From: Hydrolagus colliei
Taxonomy: Eukaryota
NCBI GenBank assembly: GCA_035084275.1
Contig: CM068747.1
Location: 1,550,001-1,614,000, forward strand
Reading direction: 5' to 3'
DNA length: 64,000 bases
Position 1 is the first letter of the stretch, and the number at the start of each line of letters is the position of its first letter. This document shows positions 48,193 through 61,919 of the stretch, one piece after another. Both the position numbers and the translations under genes were made by a program. The notes below the pieces were generated by a model. The model did no database searches. It saw only the letters and a list, made by a program, of their open reading frames with translations, and was not told where the DNA came from.

Positions 48193-49846
48193 TTCGGTGA
48201 GACATTTGCTAAATTCAAACACTGTTGTATAGCAATACATGTTGGCTCTCCTCCAGAATCCTGCTAATCTTAGTCCAGTCGCAAATGCCCCCAAATTGAA
48301 TTTCCATCCAGTAAATTATATTAATCATATACATTATATAAATCACAAGTTGGACAGTCATGTGTAACACAGTCCCTTTCCCACCAAATTGAAATGGGAT
48401 TCACGAGGCTTTGGCATATGAGAAAAGAGTTACTGTTGTCTGTGGGGAGTAAAATGATTAGAAAAAAGCATTCAGCCCAATTATTGTCTGCACAAGACCA
48501 GATCAAATGTTCAAATTTTCTGGTAGCACTAAAATCTGCAGAAATGAAGCTATGTTTAGTATGGCAATCTAATCCTTACACTCCTCTACTATGCAATATT
48601 GTCAGTTATGGTTAGTAGAGAAAAAAAGCAAAAAAAACCAGAGAAAAATATATTATAATAAAAAGAAACAACCCAATTGCGTTTTTGTAGTGCCTTTAAC
48701 GGGTCAAAAATATTCAAGTAAATACAGTACAGTACTATCGAATGTGACTGGTTTTATAAGCCAACGTTGCAGCTTTTCTCTTTTTTGAACGGTTGCATGG
48801 GATCTTTAATGTAAGATCTTCAATATAAGATCTGTTCACCCGAACAGACTGGCGGGACCTCGGATTCATGTTTCATCCAGAAAATATGCACCGTAAATAG
48901 TAACTGCTCCATTAAAAGGAATATATTGGAGAGGGGGGATTGGCTTTAAGAATAAAAATAATAATATTCCTGGCATCTGATATTATCACGTCTCCTAGAA
49001 CTCCCAACCCGAAACCACAGAATATACTATAAAGTGAATTTGTGGGCTTTCAACGCTTTGTGCAACTTGTTTTAGTACTGGGTGACTGTATCAGTTAACA
49101 AGTATCTCCCTAACAATTATTATAACTACGCCTTTATGAATAATCCTTGCATTTGATCTAGCGCCTGATCAAGTTGTTGAAATATCTCCCAATCCTTCCC
49201 TTAAAGTGATTGTAATTCCAAAGGGTTTCCTACCAAACGGTGCTCGACAGGTCTGGCAAATTGGAGCAGATGAAACGTGAAACTGATGTCCCATCTGAAA
49301 GCAAAAGGTGTGTGGCCTTAAAAAGCCTATTTTTGGCCTAACCAATTTCCAACTCGCTGATTATCCCATTTAGCTGTCAACATGACAGATAGCTGCAATT
49401 CAAAGACACCGATGATAAATGCGCAGGTACTAGTTATTTAACCTAATGCCACATGTAAATCAGTTTAACGGACGTTCAAAAAGTCAGAGGTTTTTCTCAA
49501 GATGTACAGTCGCCCGGCTGGGATACGGAAAGCATCCCAACCGAAAGGTGTTTAATCATACAATTTTAATGTAGCTTCACGACTGAACACTTCCGCCGCT
49601 CTTCCCGCACACACTTTTTGATTATTTTTACATTGTGCGGATCAGATGCGCTGCTCAACCGAGACCAAAGCGACGATCGTGAAATGTGTTCTGTGAGAAT
49701 GTTCTGAATGGTTGAGCTGTAATTTAGGATGCAATTTCCTTGCCATTACCTGAGATATCTAAATACAAGTTACACCGGGCACATAGCAGCTTGGCCTTCC
49801 AGTATATTAAGATACTTTGTGTAGATGCCTTTGAAGATGCTGTTAC

Positions 49847-50471
49847 TACCTCACCTCCCAGGCCACTGAAACCCTCATTCATGCCTTCATCACATCCCGG
49901 CTTGACTACTCCAATGTCCTGTTTGTCGCGCTTCCCAATTCCTCCCTCCATAGGCTGCAGATAATACAGAACTCTGTGGCCCATGTCCTCTACCGCTCCA
50001 AGCTTCATGACCCCATCTCCCCCATCATCGCCCGACTCCAATGGCTCCCCATCACCCAGAGGATCCAATTCAAGAGCCTGGTCTTCACATTCAAAGCCCT
50101 CCACGGCCTTGTCCCACCCTATCTCTGCGACCTCCTAACGCCCTAGCAACCTGCCTGCTCCCTCCGCTCAGCAGGCCCCAGGCTGCTCCATCTCCCGCAA
50201 CCCACCCGTCCCACCTTCAGAGGGCGAACCTTCAGCCACTCTGCCCCCAATCTCGGTAACTCCACCTCGCCTTCTCTCTGGCCTCCGTCAAGTCACGCCT
50301 CAAGACCCTCCTCTTCAATGGTACCATCGGTCGCCCCAAATACCTGCCTTTTCCTCCACCCTCCCTTTCCCTTTCCCTAACCCTAGCTCAGGTCTGAAGC
50401 AATGACTCCAGCGCTTTGGGACGTCGTCCTGATGTGAGAGGAGCTATACAAGTGTAAGTTTATTGTTGTTT
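49847..50471 (+). mobile_element. L2-clade LINE, 5'-truncated (ORF2 C-terminus plus 3' UTR)
   Basis: YLTSQATETLIHAFITSRLDYSN..LQIIQNSVA..LQWLPITQRIQFK..ALHGLVPPYL with an in-frame stop; L2 tail. Confidence 0.9.
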
Positions 50472-50589
50472 GTGTAGAAAAACACTTCAACGTAAAATAG
50501 AAACAAGACAAAATAGATTTTATGTGGCTTTTTGCAGGGAACAGGCTTGTTGGGCTGAATTACCTTTTCTTATTCCTTACATTAATAGC

Positions 50590-50980
50590 ACAGTAATCTT
50601 TCTATTTGATGTGGCACTGTTCACATCAGAGGTTATCTGAAAGCGCTTCGCAGAATATACTATAAAGTGCAGTGACTGACTGTATTTTGTATGGAAATCC
50701 GGCGTACGATATGCACGCAGCAATGTTCCGTAAGCAGCCGTGGAGTGAATGAGCAATTTTATTTGGGGATTAGTGGCCAGGACACTGGGAGAAACTCCTT
50801 ACGCTTTTTGAATAGTGCCATGGGGATCTTTAACATCTGCCTGAACTGGTGGGATCTCAGTTTAATAAATATCTGAAAGCTTGACCATATGAAACTTGTT
50901 GAGACAATGTAGACTCTCTTAAATCCCCCCAGCACTGCTTTGGAGTGTCAATCTGGACTATGATTTTGAAATTCCGATGT
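50590..50980 (-). mobile_element. Old DeuSINE-like copy
   Basis: GGCCAGGACACTGGGAGAACTCC..AATAGTGCCATGGGATCTTTAACATC. Confidence 0.7.
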
Positions 50981-52644
50981 GCGTTTAGTAAATCCCTTTC
51001 TCAACCAAGCTATTGCAGGCTGTCGTTCTGGCTCTCTCTCAGTAGATACCCGTTTCCAACTGAACTCCATTACATCAGCTGACAAACCAATTCAGATGTC
51101 AAATCTCGCCTACAAACATAGCGTGCATATAATGTAAAGGCCATGTTGCTTTAATGAATACTATATGAGTGGATCGGTCACTGGCTGGGTCTCGTAACTG
51201 TTTGGGGTTGGGGAGGGGTGTGCGAGAGAGTAGATTTGGGGTCCCATGATACAAGGTTATTGATTTGCTTGTAAATCATGGATGTCTGTGCACATACTTA
51301 ACTATCTCCAACCAGTGGAAAAGCTATACTATTTTGATACATTTTATTAGATGAACAATCTAAGCGAGTTTCAAAATCTCAACCTTTTAGATATCACAGA
51401 GACTCTATAATCAGGTAAAATGTCATACCCTATATTTCTCTCTTATTGTGGAAGGACATCCGTGGGAGAAAGCGGATTCCCTTGACATTACTGCGGGTGA
51501 AAAGGTTCAGAAATCTCTGAATGAAGATGCTGGAAGTCTATTGTCAGAAGGCACGCAGCTGACTGCACGTGACTGGAAAGCTTCAGTGGGTAGGTTTGAT
51601 CATCTGAGATTCCGCTTACTCAACAATGTCAAATGCAAACAAAGGCTGGATAAGATCCACATGGGATGAAAGGACGTAGATTCAGTTTGACGAAACAACA
51701 AGAATAGCAAATTACATATATATATAGCGCCCATCCACGTCAGAGAGATGTCCCAGGGTGTTGGACAATCGGGGGATTTGTACCTGAGCTAGGAAGTGGG
51801 GTCTTAAGGGTAGGAGGGCAAGGTGGTTGGGGGTGTGAAGAGAACATAAGCAAAACCATGTAAAACCATGAGGAAAGAAACTTAGCTTCAAAACCATCAG
51901 TTTTCTCATTGGGTGCATTGACTATCTCACGTTGGGCAGCAGACTTGACTTGATTTGGTGGAGGTGGGGGCTGGAGGTGAAGGTGACGTCTAGAACTGGC
52001 CGGTTTAGTCGTTGCTCAGCAAAAGCAAAGACTACCTGGTTGAAGAGACACGTTTCAAGATGTGCGTTGAAAGAGAGGAGGAAGAGAAGGGAAATTTAGT
52101 AAAAAATAGCCTTGACTGTATAAGCAAATGTAAATTTATCAGTCCAGACGAGACAAAATACTTTTGTAACTATAATACGTGTGACCTTGGAAAGTATTCT
52201 GTATTATGTCTGTATCTCTGAAACGCTGGGAGAAACTTGCTTTTTTTTTAAAAAAAGAAAAATGATCAGAGATATTGCTAAGACTAAGCTTGCATCGGGA
52301 GCTGTAATACTGGAAATGTTGAAACGAGCTGAAAACATTGGTAAGTATTGATCATCCTGGAATTAGAAATGATTGATTGAAAATGTTGCATCATCTAGTT
52401 TATAATGTTTCAGCGCATTCGTGTCTTAGTGTTTTCCGTTCGATGCTTAATTGTTGCTGCTGCGCATGTAATTTATTATTGCTGCTGGCTGTGAATGTAG
52501 TTGGGATTTACAATGAACATAAATAGGCCACTGGCCTCACTAGTCTGTGCCGTTGTTTATATTCCACAGAAGTCTCTAATCATCTTTTTGTCGTCGTTGT
52601 TGTAGTTGTTGTTACTCTCTCCCTTGGGAAGGACAAGTTGGCAG

Positions 52645-52765
52645 AGCTATGGAGAGAGCGCGGTGGAGTGGGATTTATTTGGACAGCTGTTTTCAAAGAG
52701 CCGGGGCAGACCCGATGAGCCGAACGGCCTCCTTCTGTGCTGCATAATTCTATGATTCTATGATA
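52645..52765 (+). mobile_element. CR1-type LINE 3' end
   Basis: GATGAGCCGAACGGCCTCCTTCTGTGCTG..(ATTCTATG)2. Confidence 0.8.
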
Positions 52766-55700
52766 CCCTTGTGTTACCCTCTCGCTGATGTGAAGACCTA
52801 CTTTCCTCTCGAATGCCTCGACACTAATCGATTCATCCATTGCCTCAGGCAGTGAGTTAACATGACCACCCTATTGTAGCACCGTTGCCTGCCCTGGCTC
52901 CACGATCACAGACATTGCATTCAAAAGCAGTGTGAAAAAATGGCTAGCAAACTGGCTTATCGGGTCACTGCCATTGTGTTTTACTAATTGAGGGGATGTC
53001 AGTTCACGAGCTGCACGTACAATGAACTGACACCAGAACTCCCGCCGAGACTACTTTCAAAGTGACATTAATTTCCTGCATCTAATGTTCATGCGCAGTA
53101 CGTAGCAAATGATGTGAGAATGGTGCTTTCTGTGCAGGGCAGACCCATGCAGCATGTGAATGCAGTTGGTTGCTACGTTGGTTCCCATCGCAAGGGAACA
53201 AAATTTCATTACACGATCACTGTTGCCCTAAAGTGGTAATGGACGACATGATGTGTGGGACGTCATCTCAGTGTGAAAGGCGCTATACAATAACACTAAA
53301 CAACGTCACAGTTTTTAGAGCGCAATGGGAATACAATGTGCTGTTGTATGTTGTTTACAACCCAGGGTTACTCTTTTGCTAAGAGCCAAATTGATATAGT
53401 AACAACAACAACAACTTTGATTTATATAGCGCCCTCCACGCCGGACGGCGTCTCAGAGTGCTTAGAGTCAGACGGCGTCTCAGAGTGTCCTCTCACTGTT
53501 GGAGTCACAAATGTTTGACGTGAAGAAAATTGTCCTAAAGCAGGCGGAACAGGCTCTTTCCAAGGGTACACCTCTCCACGCAAAACACTGGTACAGTATT
53601 ATCTTGAAAGATATCCGTACGAACAGTCAACGGGAATATAACATGTAAATTAATACACCTCGTCATAATGCATTCCCCACATTACACAAACACATTGCAC
53701 ACGTGCTTATGTCGTGGATGGAATTTCAACCTGTATATAAAATAGATTCCCAATTTATACCTTTGAAGGGAAGTAAATTCGGAGTTTAATGCTCTATTTG
53801 TTTTTTTGGGAGGAAACCAACAATTTTTGCTGTGCCTGAATTAGGATGAAACCATGAATGGAGGTTCTAAGCAGGCATTTCTTGGCAGTTTAACAAACAA
53901 AAACGTTACAGTACAATATTTAGATAATTTACAACAAGCAAATAATATCGCTGCCCTTTTACAGGTCGTGCTTTGAGATATCCCGCCCATGAAAGACATT
54001 ATTCAAAATACAAAGATTATTATAATTCTTAATAATAAACGATATCGTCACTTGCAACATATTTGGAAGCAGATATAATTGACTTTAGCTATCACACCTC
54101 AGAATTACAGGATTGTTTCACTTCTAATTTATGTAATTTTGTTGTTGTTGTAATTTGCAGATACTTACGCTGATAAATGTGAAAAGGGGAAGAGCAGGAA
54201 TTTAGTACTCCTTTACAATTTGTCTGTGAGTATGGAACTGCTTTACCAATAAACTTCCAGTGCAACAACAACAAATTTCATTTATAAAACGTCTTTCATG
54301 TCGGCAGGACATCCCAAGATCCAGAAGGATAAGTTGAGGTAAATATTAATGTTAGTTACTTGCAGAGGACTATGAAGTCAGTATAATTGGCCCTACACTC
54401 ACACCCTTACATACAAGCAAAGAGATACGAGATTGTAAATTGTCATATTGGAATGAATTGTGTTGCTGAAACGAGCAATGATAAATTTCACAATGTAATT
54501 TTATATTTGTGTAGAGATACCTATACTGGGAAGTGGAGCAGTAACTGAACATTAACTTTGTTTGGTTCAAATGGCGTGAATTCTTATCTACTGCCTTTTA
54601 ACTTCATCTGATCACCACTATGATAAACGCAAGCCAACAACTAACAAGAATGTGCTGAGGAGACAAAATTAGCTCTCACCTTCTCTCTGGGTTAGGGAGG
54701 GGTAAAATATGTAAATGTTCCTGATCTTTCTACCTACTGGATCAGTAACAGAGAGGATATGCCAGTGTGAAGAGAAAACAGAATATTTATGTTGAAAACA
54801 TAAACATGATATACAGAAGACAAAAATCAGTAACACATATTTTAATAGACATTACAGTAACTAACTTTAGAAACAAGAAAAGGATGCGCTTTCTGTGGCA
54901 AACGAGATAAACAAAATGAAAATGCACAGTATTTAACTCAGATTTCACGAGGTTCAGACATTGATGTGAAACTGAAAATGTTCCTGCTGCAAGATAATCC
55001 ATTGCATGTCAGTGGATTATACTGTGCGTGAAGCAATTACAGTTTAAAAACCAACCATCGGAAAATATTGTGCTCCAGGTACAGTACAATACAGAGAGTC
55101 ATAATAATTATGAAGTAATGATATTCAGGGTTGAGCATGGAGATAAACCAGCACGATTTCCAGTGCTTTTAATCCATATATTGAGATCCTGACACCCTGT
55201 GGCTTGTCTAGTGAGTTGCGGCTATTTCCTGAGATTTCTTCCTTCTGAGTTATTGCTGCGCCCACTGTTTTCTTTTAACCGCACAACGCACAGAAGAGAA
55301 ATTTGCAATGTGGTACCGCATGTTGTATAAGCCTCAAATAAACTCTGTTGACCTTGCGGGGTCGGCTGATGGGAAATGATTCCTGCGCTCACTCGGCAAA
55401 TTGAATATTTTGAAGATCTGATAGTGTTGTACACGACAACAAACCAAACCAACAAGGTACTAATGACCTCCTATAGAAAGAGTTACCTATTCCTCTGAAT
55501 ACAGAGTTGGTTCTTTTTATGAGAAGATAAAATTGCATGCCGGATGCTATAAAGTAAAAAAAAAAGACTATAATGATAAACAAGTAATGAAATGATTTAG
55601 AAGTAAGTGTGGGTCGAGCCTCCATATCTGCTATTAAAGTTTTCCTGTTTAAAAGTCGAAAGCAGTGGTGGTGGATAACATTTTTAGCCGGCCAACAAAA

Positions 55701-55984
55701 TACATTTTCTCGCTTAAATATTTCCCTGATCAAGGAACTATTCAATCAAGGAGAAGCTGGAAGCAAAAGCACTGATTTTAAAACAGACTGACCTAAACTA
55801 GTCCTCAGAAAGCGAATACTCGAACATGGTCACGACTGACCTGCGGGCCTTTGTTGAACGCGACTGGTCAAAGTATTTCTGAGAATAGATTTCAAGCTTG
55901 CAGTTTACTGGGAACAGAGAATTTCCCCACTCAGCTCTCGCCAATCTAATGGGTTTGATGGTCCAACCCGAACAATGAAAATTA

Positions 55985-56235
55985 GTAATCCTTGCATTTG
56001 GTAAGGCTCCTTATCACGTTGTTGAGATGTCTTAAAGCGCTCGGCTTCACAGAACACATTGTAAAGTGAATTGACTCCATATTTTGCTGGTGAAACGCGG
56101 CAGCCGATTGCACACAGCAGTGTCCCCACAAACAGCTGTGGGTTGAATGATCCAATTGTTGTTTTTTGGAGGGATTATAGCGTCTGGAAAATTATCCTCC
56201 AATCAACAAACAACTGGGTTCCTACTGTCCTACTT
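55985..56235 (-). mobile_element. SINE 3' half
   Basis: Same family tail and core. Confidence 0.78.
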
Positions 56236-56501
56236 ACTTACCTCAGACCGTGTTATTTAATGGCAAGCTATACAGTTGTGCGGGTTTAGCTGATTAAAAG
56301 CATTACTATCAATGCACACTCTGGGGTCCACAAATGCTGACTCTTTCCAGTCTGTGCCTAGCACCCTCAGAATTATCTAAGCAGGGTGAGTCTTTCCTGA
56401 AAAGTATAAGTGCAAATTCCATTACAACTACTGTATACGGAAATTTTCACATGTAAGGTGGAATGATGTCTGTTCTGATATGCTTATGTATGCTGATACA
56501 T

Positions 56502-56815
56502 AGAGTCCGGTAGCTCAGTGGTTAGAACACTTGCCTTACAAACGTGACACCCTGTGTGACGAATGCAGGCAGGTCAGGGCAAAACCTGGGGCAAGTTTCC
56601 TTAATCCACACACATGCCTAATAATAATCCATGCAAAAATAAAACCTATAATAAATTGATCATTTCAATCCACGGCTATTTGTGGGACACTGCTGGCTGC
56701 CGCATTTTGCCCACACGTATACAGTTCGATTCACTGTTCTGTGAAGCTCTTTGAGACGTCTAGAAGAGTTGAAAAGCGCTATATAAAAATGCATGGATGA
56801 TTCTTCATATTATTG
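56502..56815 (+). mobile_element. Full-length tRNA-derived SINE
   Basis: TAGCTCAGTGGTTAG head, core, tail. Confidence 0.85.
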
Positions 56816-57519
56816 TGGGTTTCTGTGTGTTCTAGACACTGGTCTGAGCAAAAGAAAAGCAGTTTCCTTGGGAACGAATTCTCCACCTGACTTCAAAGGG
56901 TGTCTGACTTATGTTTTTCCCCCAATAAAAGGGGTGGATGACGGGAACACGTTGTTCCCGGCGATGGCCTTGTCAGAGAACGGCATCGAGTAATTCATCA
57001 CCTCACATCCAGTCGTGAGGATTGGCCCACTTTACTGTGCAATCAGCACGTCATAAGTCTTCCAGACATGTTGAAGTGCGGCTCGGGCAAATGTTTTACG
57101 GCCTCTCTCTCAAGCGAAGAAGGTCAACAATCCATAAACTACCCTCAAAGGATGTTTTCAAAAAATTTTTTATTATCTAACTTGGGATAGTTATTATCTA
57201 ACTTCACTTAGGAACAGCTTCTGGGCAAAGCTGGCCCTTGATAACCAGGCTGATGAAAGCGGAAGCCGCTAAGCTTGTATGACATTATTAATTTGTTTGT
57301 CTTTATGTGCAATCGAGCTGGAGCTTCAATCAAATGAATGTCACGCCCCCGTTTTAACTTCAGAGTGGTTTTGCGTATGGCAGAATTGGTAACAAAGGGG
57401 GTAACTTGTGGTTGGAGACTTTCAGAATAAATGGGTGTCACACAAATGGTATGTCGGCACGATCAGGTTCAAGTCTCACTGTGGGACTTTGAACTGATAA
57501 TCTCGTCTGACACTCAAAG

Positions 57520-57520
57520 T

Positions 57521-57551
<31 letters not shown>

Positions 57552-57730
57552 TAATAATAATAATCCTTGCATTTGCTATGGCTGCCTTATCACATCTTTA
57601 AGACATCTCAAAGTTCTTCACGGAATTTTCTGCAAAGTGCAGTGATCGTATATTTGGTGGGCGAAATTCAGCAACCAATTGCGCACAGCGATGTCCCGCA
57701 AACAGTCGTGAATTGAGTGACCAAATCAAT
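57520..57730 (-). mobile_element. SINE 3' half with long (AAT)n tail
   Basis: Same family. Confidence 0.8.
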
Positions 57731-58044
57731 GTGTTAAAAAAAAAAAATTCTACCCGATTTTTATTTCCTCGGAAAAGTGATCCGCTAATTGACTGACAAC
57801 CATTTTGTTACTGGGGTAAATTGCATTTTTGGTACTGAACCAAGTTACCATCTGCCTGTTCAAGTGGATGTTAAAGTCTATAGCACTACTGTATTTGGAA
57901 AAAGAAGGGAGTTTCTGCCTGTGTCCTGATTAATGCAATAGGTGGGAAGAGGACACTGAGATTTTTCTGTTGCATATCATTTCTGAGTGGAAAGTACTCT
58001 GGAGCACATCTGTCAATTTCATCCTCAGCTCCCAAATGAAATTA

Positions 58045-58240
58045 ATCATTGACTTTGCCTTCACAGCAGTGGAAGCCGATTCAATAACAACTTTTAAGAG
58101 AGAAATAGATAATTATTTGGGGAGTTTGTAGGGCCATGGTGAGAGTGCGGGGGCGTGGGATTGATTTGGACAGCTCTTTTCAAAGATGGGCCGAATGGCA
58201 TCCTTCTGTGCTGTATAAAATTCTATGATTCTATGATTTA
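58045..58240 (+). mobile_element. CR1-type LINE 3' end
   Basis: GCAGTGGAAGC..TTTAAGAGAGAAATAGAT..GATGGGCCGAATGG..(ATTCTATG)2. Confidence 0.8.
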
Positions 58241-59140
58241 TGGCCGTTTAAGGGACTTTGCTGGACTCTAACGGGCTGCAGAGTTTGCCTACGAATACAC
58301 AGTCACTCCACTTTACAGCGAATCCTGTGGTGTGTTTTGAAGTATCCTCCTGAGAAAGGCACTTTTTCAAATGCAAACAATATAATTATTATTATTTTTC
58401 AGGGGCTTCTGACTATTTGTGTTTCATTGTCTACGTCTGTCTTTGTCTCCTCCGCCTCTCTTCATTTGTGGCTTGTGTTCAGTGCCTCCTCCCCACTCTT
58501 GAATTTCCTGCCAACACTTTCAAAGTCACACATAAAGAATGGTCTATTGGCCTGGCACTGAAGGCTTGTTGTTGCCAATGAAGCTAATGCAATTTTCACC
58601 TTCAAAAAGAAAAGTGACTTTTGATATAATATCACAGACCATGTTTGGGGTTTATTATTTCTCGGGATGCAAAATCACAGTGTTCTGCTTCAGGCATTGA
58701 GCCTGCTCTGTTCACGTCTGAAATGCCAATTTCTCTTACCTTACATTTATCAGGTAAATACTCTGATTGATGCGATAGGAGGGAAGAGGACACTGATATT
58801 TCTCAGCTGCACATCATCTCTGAGTGGAAAGTACTCTGGAGCACATCTGTCAATTTCATCCTGCACTCCGGACAGCTTTGTGAAAAAAAATTTGCAACTG
58901 AATTAGGAGGATCTAATCATTCAGCTGCCAAAAGGAATTATATGCTGACGAACATGTAAGTCAGTGATATTGGCAAAACTATTTCTTACCTAAAGGCTTG
59001 GAATTGGTCAGGAAATGATGAATGACTTTGTTTTTGCAAGAGATGAACAAACTAACATCGAATCACATCAAATGATACAGCATGGAAATAGGCCATAAGG
59101 TTCAACTAATCTGCCCCAGTGTTTATCTTCTATCTTCTTG

Positions 59141-59567
59141 ATGAGATCCTCGTCCTCACTTTCAAGGCCATTCACGGCCATATCCCCTCCTATCTCCGAC
59201 CTGCTGTCCCCCTATGAACCTGACCCTGTCTTCCGTTCAGCAGGCTCCTGTCTGCTACATGTCCCCCGCCGAATCCGCCCTACCATCGGTGGAACGGCTT
59301 TCAGCCTCTCTGCCCCCACACTCTGGAACTCCATCCCACAGTCCCTTCGCCTCGCTTCCTCCCTTGCCTCCTTCATGGCCGGTCTCAAGATCCTCCTCTT
59401 CGATCGTGCCCTCTCAGCTCTCTCCTTCCCCGTCTAACTCTCTCTCTCTCCCCTCCTTTCTACCCTGCCCCTCCCCCTTCATCAGGTGTTGACCTGATCG
59501 TTCAGAGTCTTGGGATGTCCTGCGCCGTGAAAGGCGCTCTAAAAATTTCATTTTGTTATTGTTGTTT
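59141..59567 (+). mobile_element. L2-clade LINE 3' fragment
   Basis: [39 protein letters not shown]..; L2 tail. Confidence 0.88.
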
Positions 59568-60024
59568 CTATGTTTATAAACTAATAAAATGACAATGTCT
59601 GTCTGCGCTACGTCAATATCCGATTGACTTAGTGACATGATTTATACATCATCAGAAAGATCTTTCATTTTGGAATGTCATGAGCCCATTTGTTTTTGTT
59701 CATGCGTTCGTGGCAATATGGCATCCTGCGTTACAGAGCATGCACTTAGCCAAATGGCGGGAATAAAATAAAGAACACAGACAAAGCTAAGCCGCGGCAA
59801 TAACACAATTACTTTTTTAAAAGTGCTGAGTCTCCCTCAACTGAGTCCTCCCAGAAGGAGTCCTCCCACAGGAGACCACTAAGATATGTATAGATCAACA
59901 TGAAATGTCTCTCTGTGAGTCTATCTGTGTGTCAATCTACATTCCATATAAGTGTATCTAACTGGACTGAAATATATTTGTAATGCCACAGCTTTGGAAT
60001 TGCACAGTCAGTATAGCCAATGTG

Positions 60025-60270
60025 AACATAAGAACAAAAGAAATAGAAGCAGGAGTAAGCCATTCGGCCCCTCGAGCCTGCACCACCATTTAATAAGATC
60101 ATAGCTAATCTTCTAACCTAACTCCATTTTCCCGCCGTATCCCAAATCCCTTAATCCCTCTATCCATAAGAAATCCATCAATCTCAGTCTTGAATGTGTT
60201 CAACGACTGAGCATCTACAGCCTTCTGGGATAGAGAATTCCACGAATCCATTACCCTCTGAGTGAAGGTT
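60025..60270 (-). mobile_element. CR1-type LINE 3' end
   Basis: AACATAAGAAC..GCAGGAGTA.GCCATTCGGCCCCTCGAGCCTG..GGATAGAGAATTCC. Confidence 0.82.
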
Positions 60271-60659
60271 GCTTGCATCTATGATCTAATTTACTCAGGG
60301 AGTGAAAACTGTACAGTTAGTTCTGCTATTACGAATATGGGCACTTTCAGAATTCCCCACTGAGAGGAGTTAAAACACAGACCAAATACGTTTTGTGGGT
60401 ATGGTGCGATTTCATCAAAATCCTGCAATTCCTCCCTCAATATACCACAAAATGACAAAAAGCAGCAAGAGTTAAATAACAATCTTTCTTTGTTGCTACA
60501 GTAACCTGGTAACTTGGTCACTACAAGGGAAAAGGACACAATGATGAGTGTTACCCGGAGTGGCGAGTTAGGTATAAATATACAGTAAATACATAATAAA
60601 TGCGGCCGGGATATTGATGAAATGATGATTTAAGTGATAGTAACACATTAAGGCAGGGT

Positions 60660-60960
60660 CGAGGCATCGACAATTTATTCCGTTTTGAACGCACCACTGT
60701 TTCTGAAAGCTCTGGAAAGCCTTAACTGTATGTATTTGAGAAAATAGAGGGCACAGGTTTTGAGTTGCAAAGGGCAATTTCAGCGCAGACACCAGGAAGT
60801 AGTGTTTCTCTACTCAGAAGAAGTAGGAAAGGTCTCCAGGAAAGGTGGTTGAGGCCAGGACATTTGTCACACTTCAATAAAAAGCTTGTTGCTGTGGTAG
60901 AGTGGATATTCGGGAAGGGTGAGATCACAAAGTCCAAAGGGTCTTCTTCATCCAAACCAA
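60660..60960 (-). mobile_element. Possible degenerate hAT (Charlie/Buster-like) transposase C-terminal remnant
   Basis: Across frames: FVISPF..; ALKLPFATQNLC..FSQIHTVK..; SKRNKL, resembling the hATC motif LLPF.TTYLCE..FS....K...RNRL. Confidence 0.4.
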
Positions 60961-61919
60961 TTTTGTGAACTTATATTTATCGCGTTTGTGTAGCCAGGGC
61001 TTTAGGAAACTGACATTTTACAAACGATTTGTTTCTAGGCACTGAATGACATGATGTTGTGCCTGATTTCACCTTCATAGGATTTCACAGCTGAACGCCA
61101 AACACTTCAGGGTGTCAGAGGAAGATGCAGAAAACTGCTGGGGGAAATCTAACTGTAGTCAGTGCAGTCAAGGGAAGAGATGGAAATGATGATTACAGGG
61201 TCAATGCCACCAACAACTGGGATGTGTTTCAAGCATTGTGCAGAGAGATAGAAGACAAATTACATGCTCTTTTGGAGATGCTCGTGGATACCCCTACTCC
61301 GCAATCTAAAGACTCGGTCGGTGGTGGTGACATTTCCTCATAGGATGATTGATCTATTCAAATGGGACAATAACATTTTCCTAGTCGAGGATTTCCTCAC
61401 CCTTGGTTGGAGTATGACGGGAGTTGATGAGCCAGATTTACTGAAAAATTGGATGAAATTGTAAGGAAAACGTTTTTTTTTATTTCCAGTAGATTAGACG
61501 GTGAATATTGCTATTATTTCCAGCAAAATACAGGTGACCCTGCATACCCACCACCACCACTGCCAATGTCACTGCTGACACATAGTTGAACAACATGTAA
61601 TTCATTGGTCGTTGAATTACATTGCTTGCTCTTTCATCTGTGCTTTATTTCACAGTCAGGCCCCTGGCACAGTCCATAATAGGTTGGTGTCTCAGTAGCA
61701 GTACCTCAGATCACAGTACTGTGGACTGGACAGGCTTACAAACCAGACTTCCCAGACAGACACGGAGGATTGAATCAATTTTGACATTCCATTTAGAGGC
61801 AGCTCAGGCCTTCATTGCGAATTGGTACATGAGCCATGATAATCTAAAGCCTCCAAAACCTCACTGTGAACCTGTCTATAAGAATATTACCTTACCCTGC
61901 GATAGTGTTTTATACATCC

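Noticed and set aside
53444-53487. 17-bp tandem duplication GACGGCGTCTCAGAGTG
   Set aside because: Local slippage within an L2/SINE tail fragment
57230-57290. Hammerhead-like CTGATGA followed by hairpin AGCGG-AAG-CCGCT
   Set aside because: Lacks GAAA after stem II, and stems I/III cannot be formed
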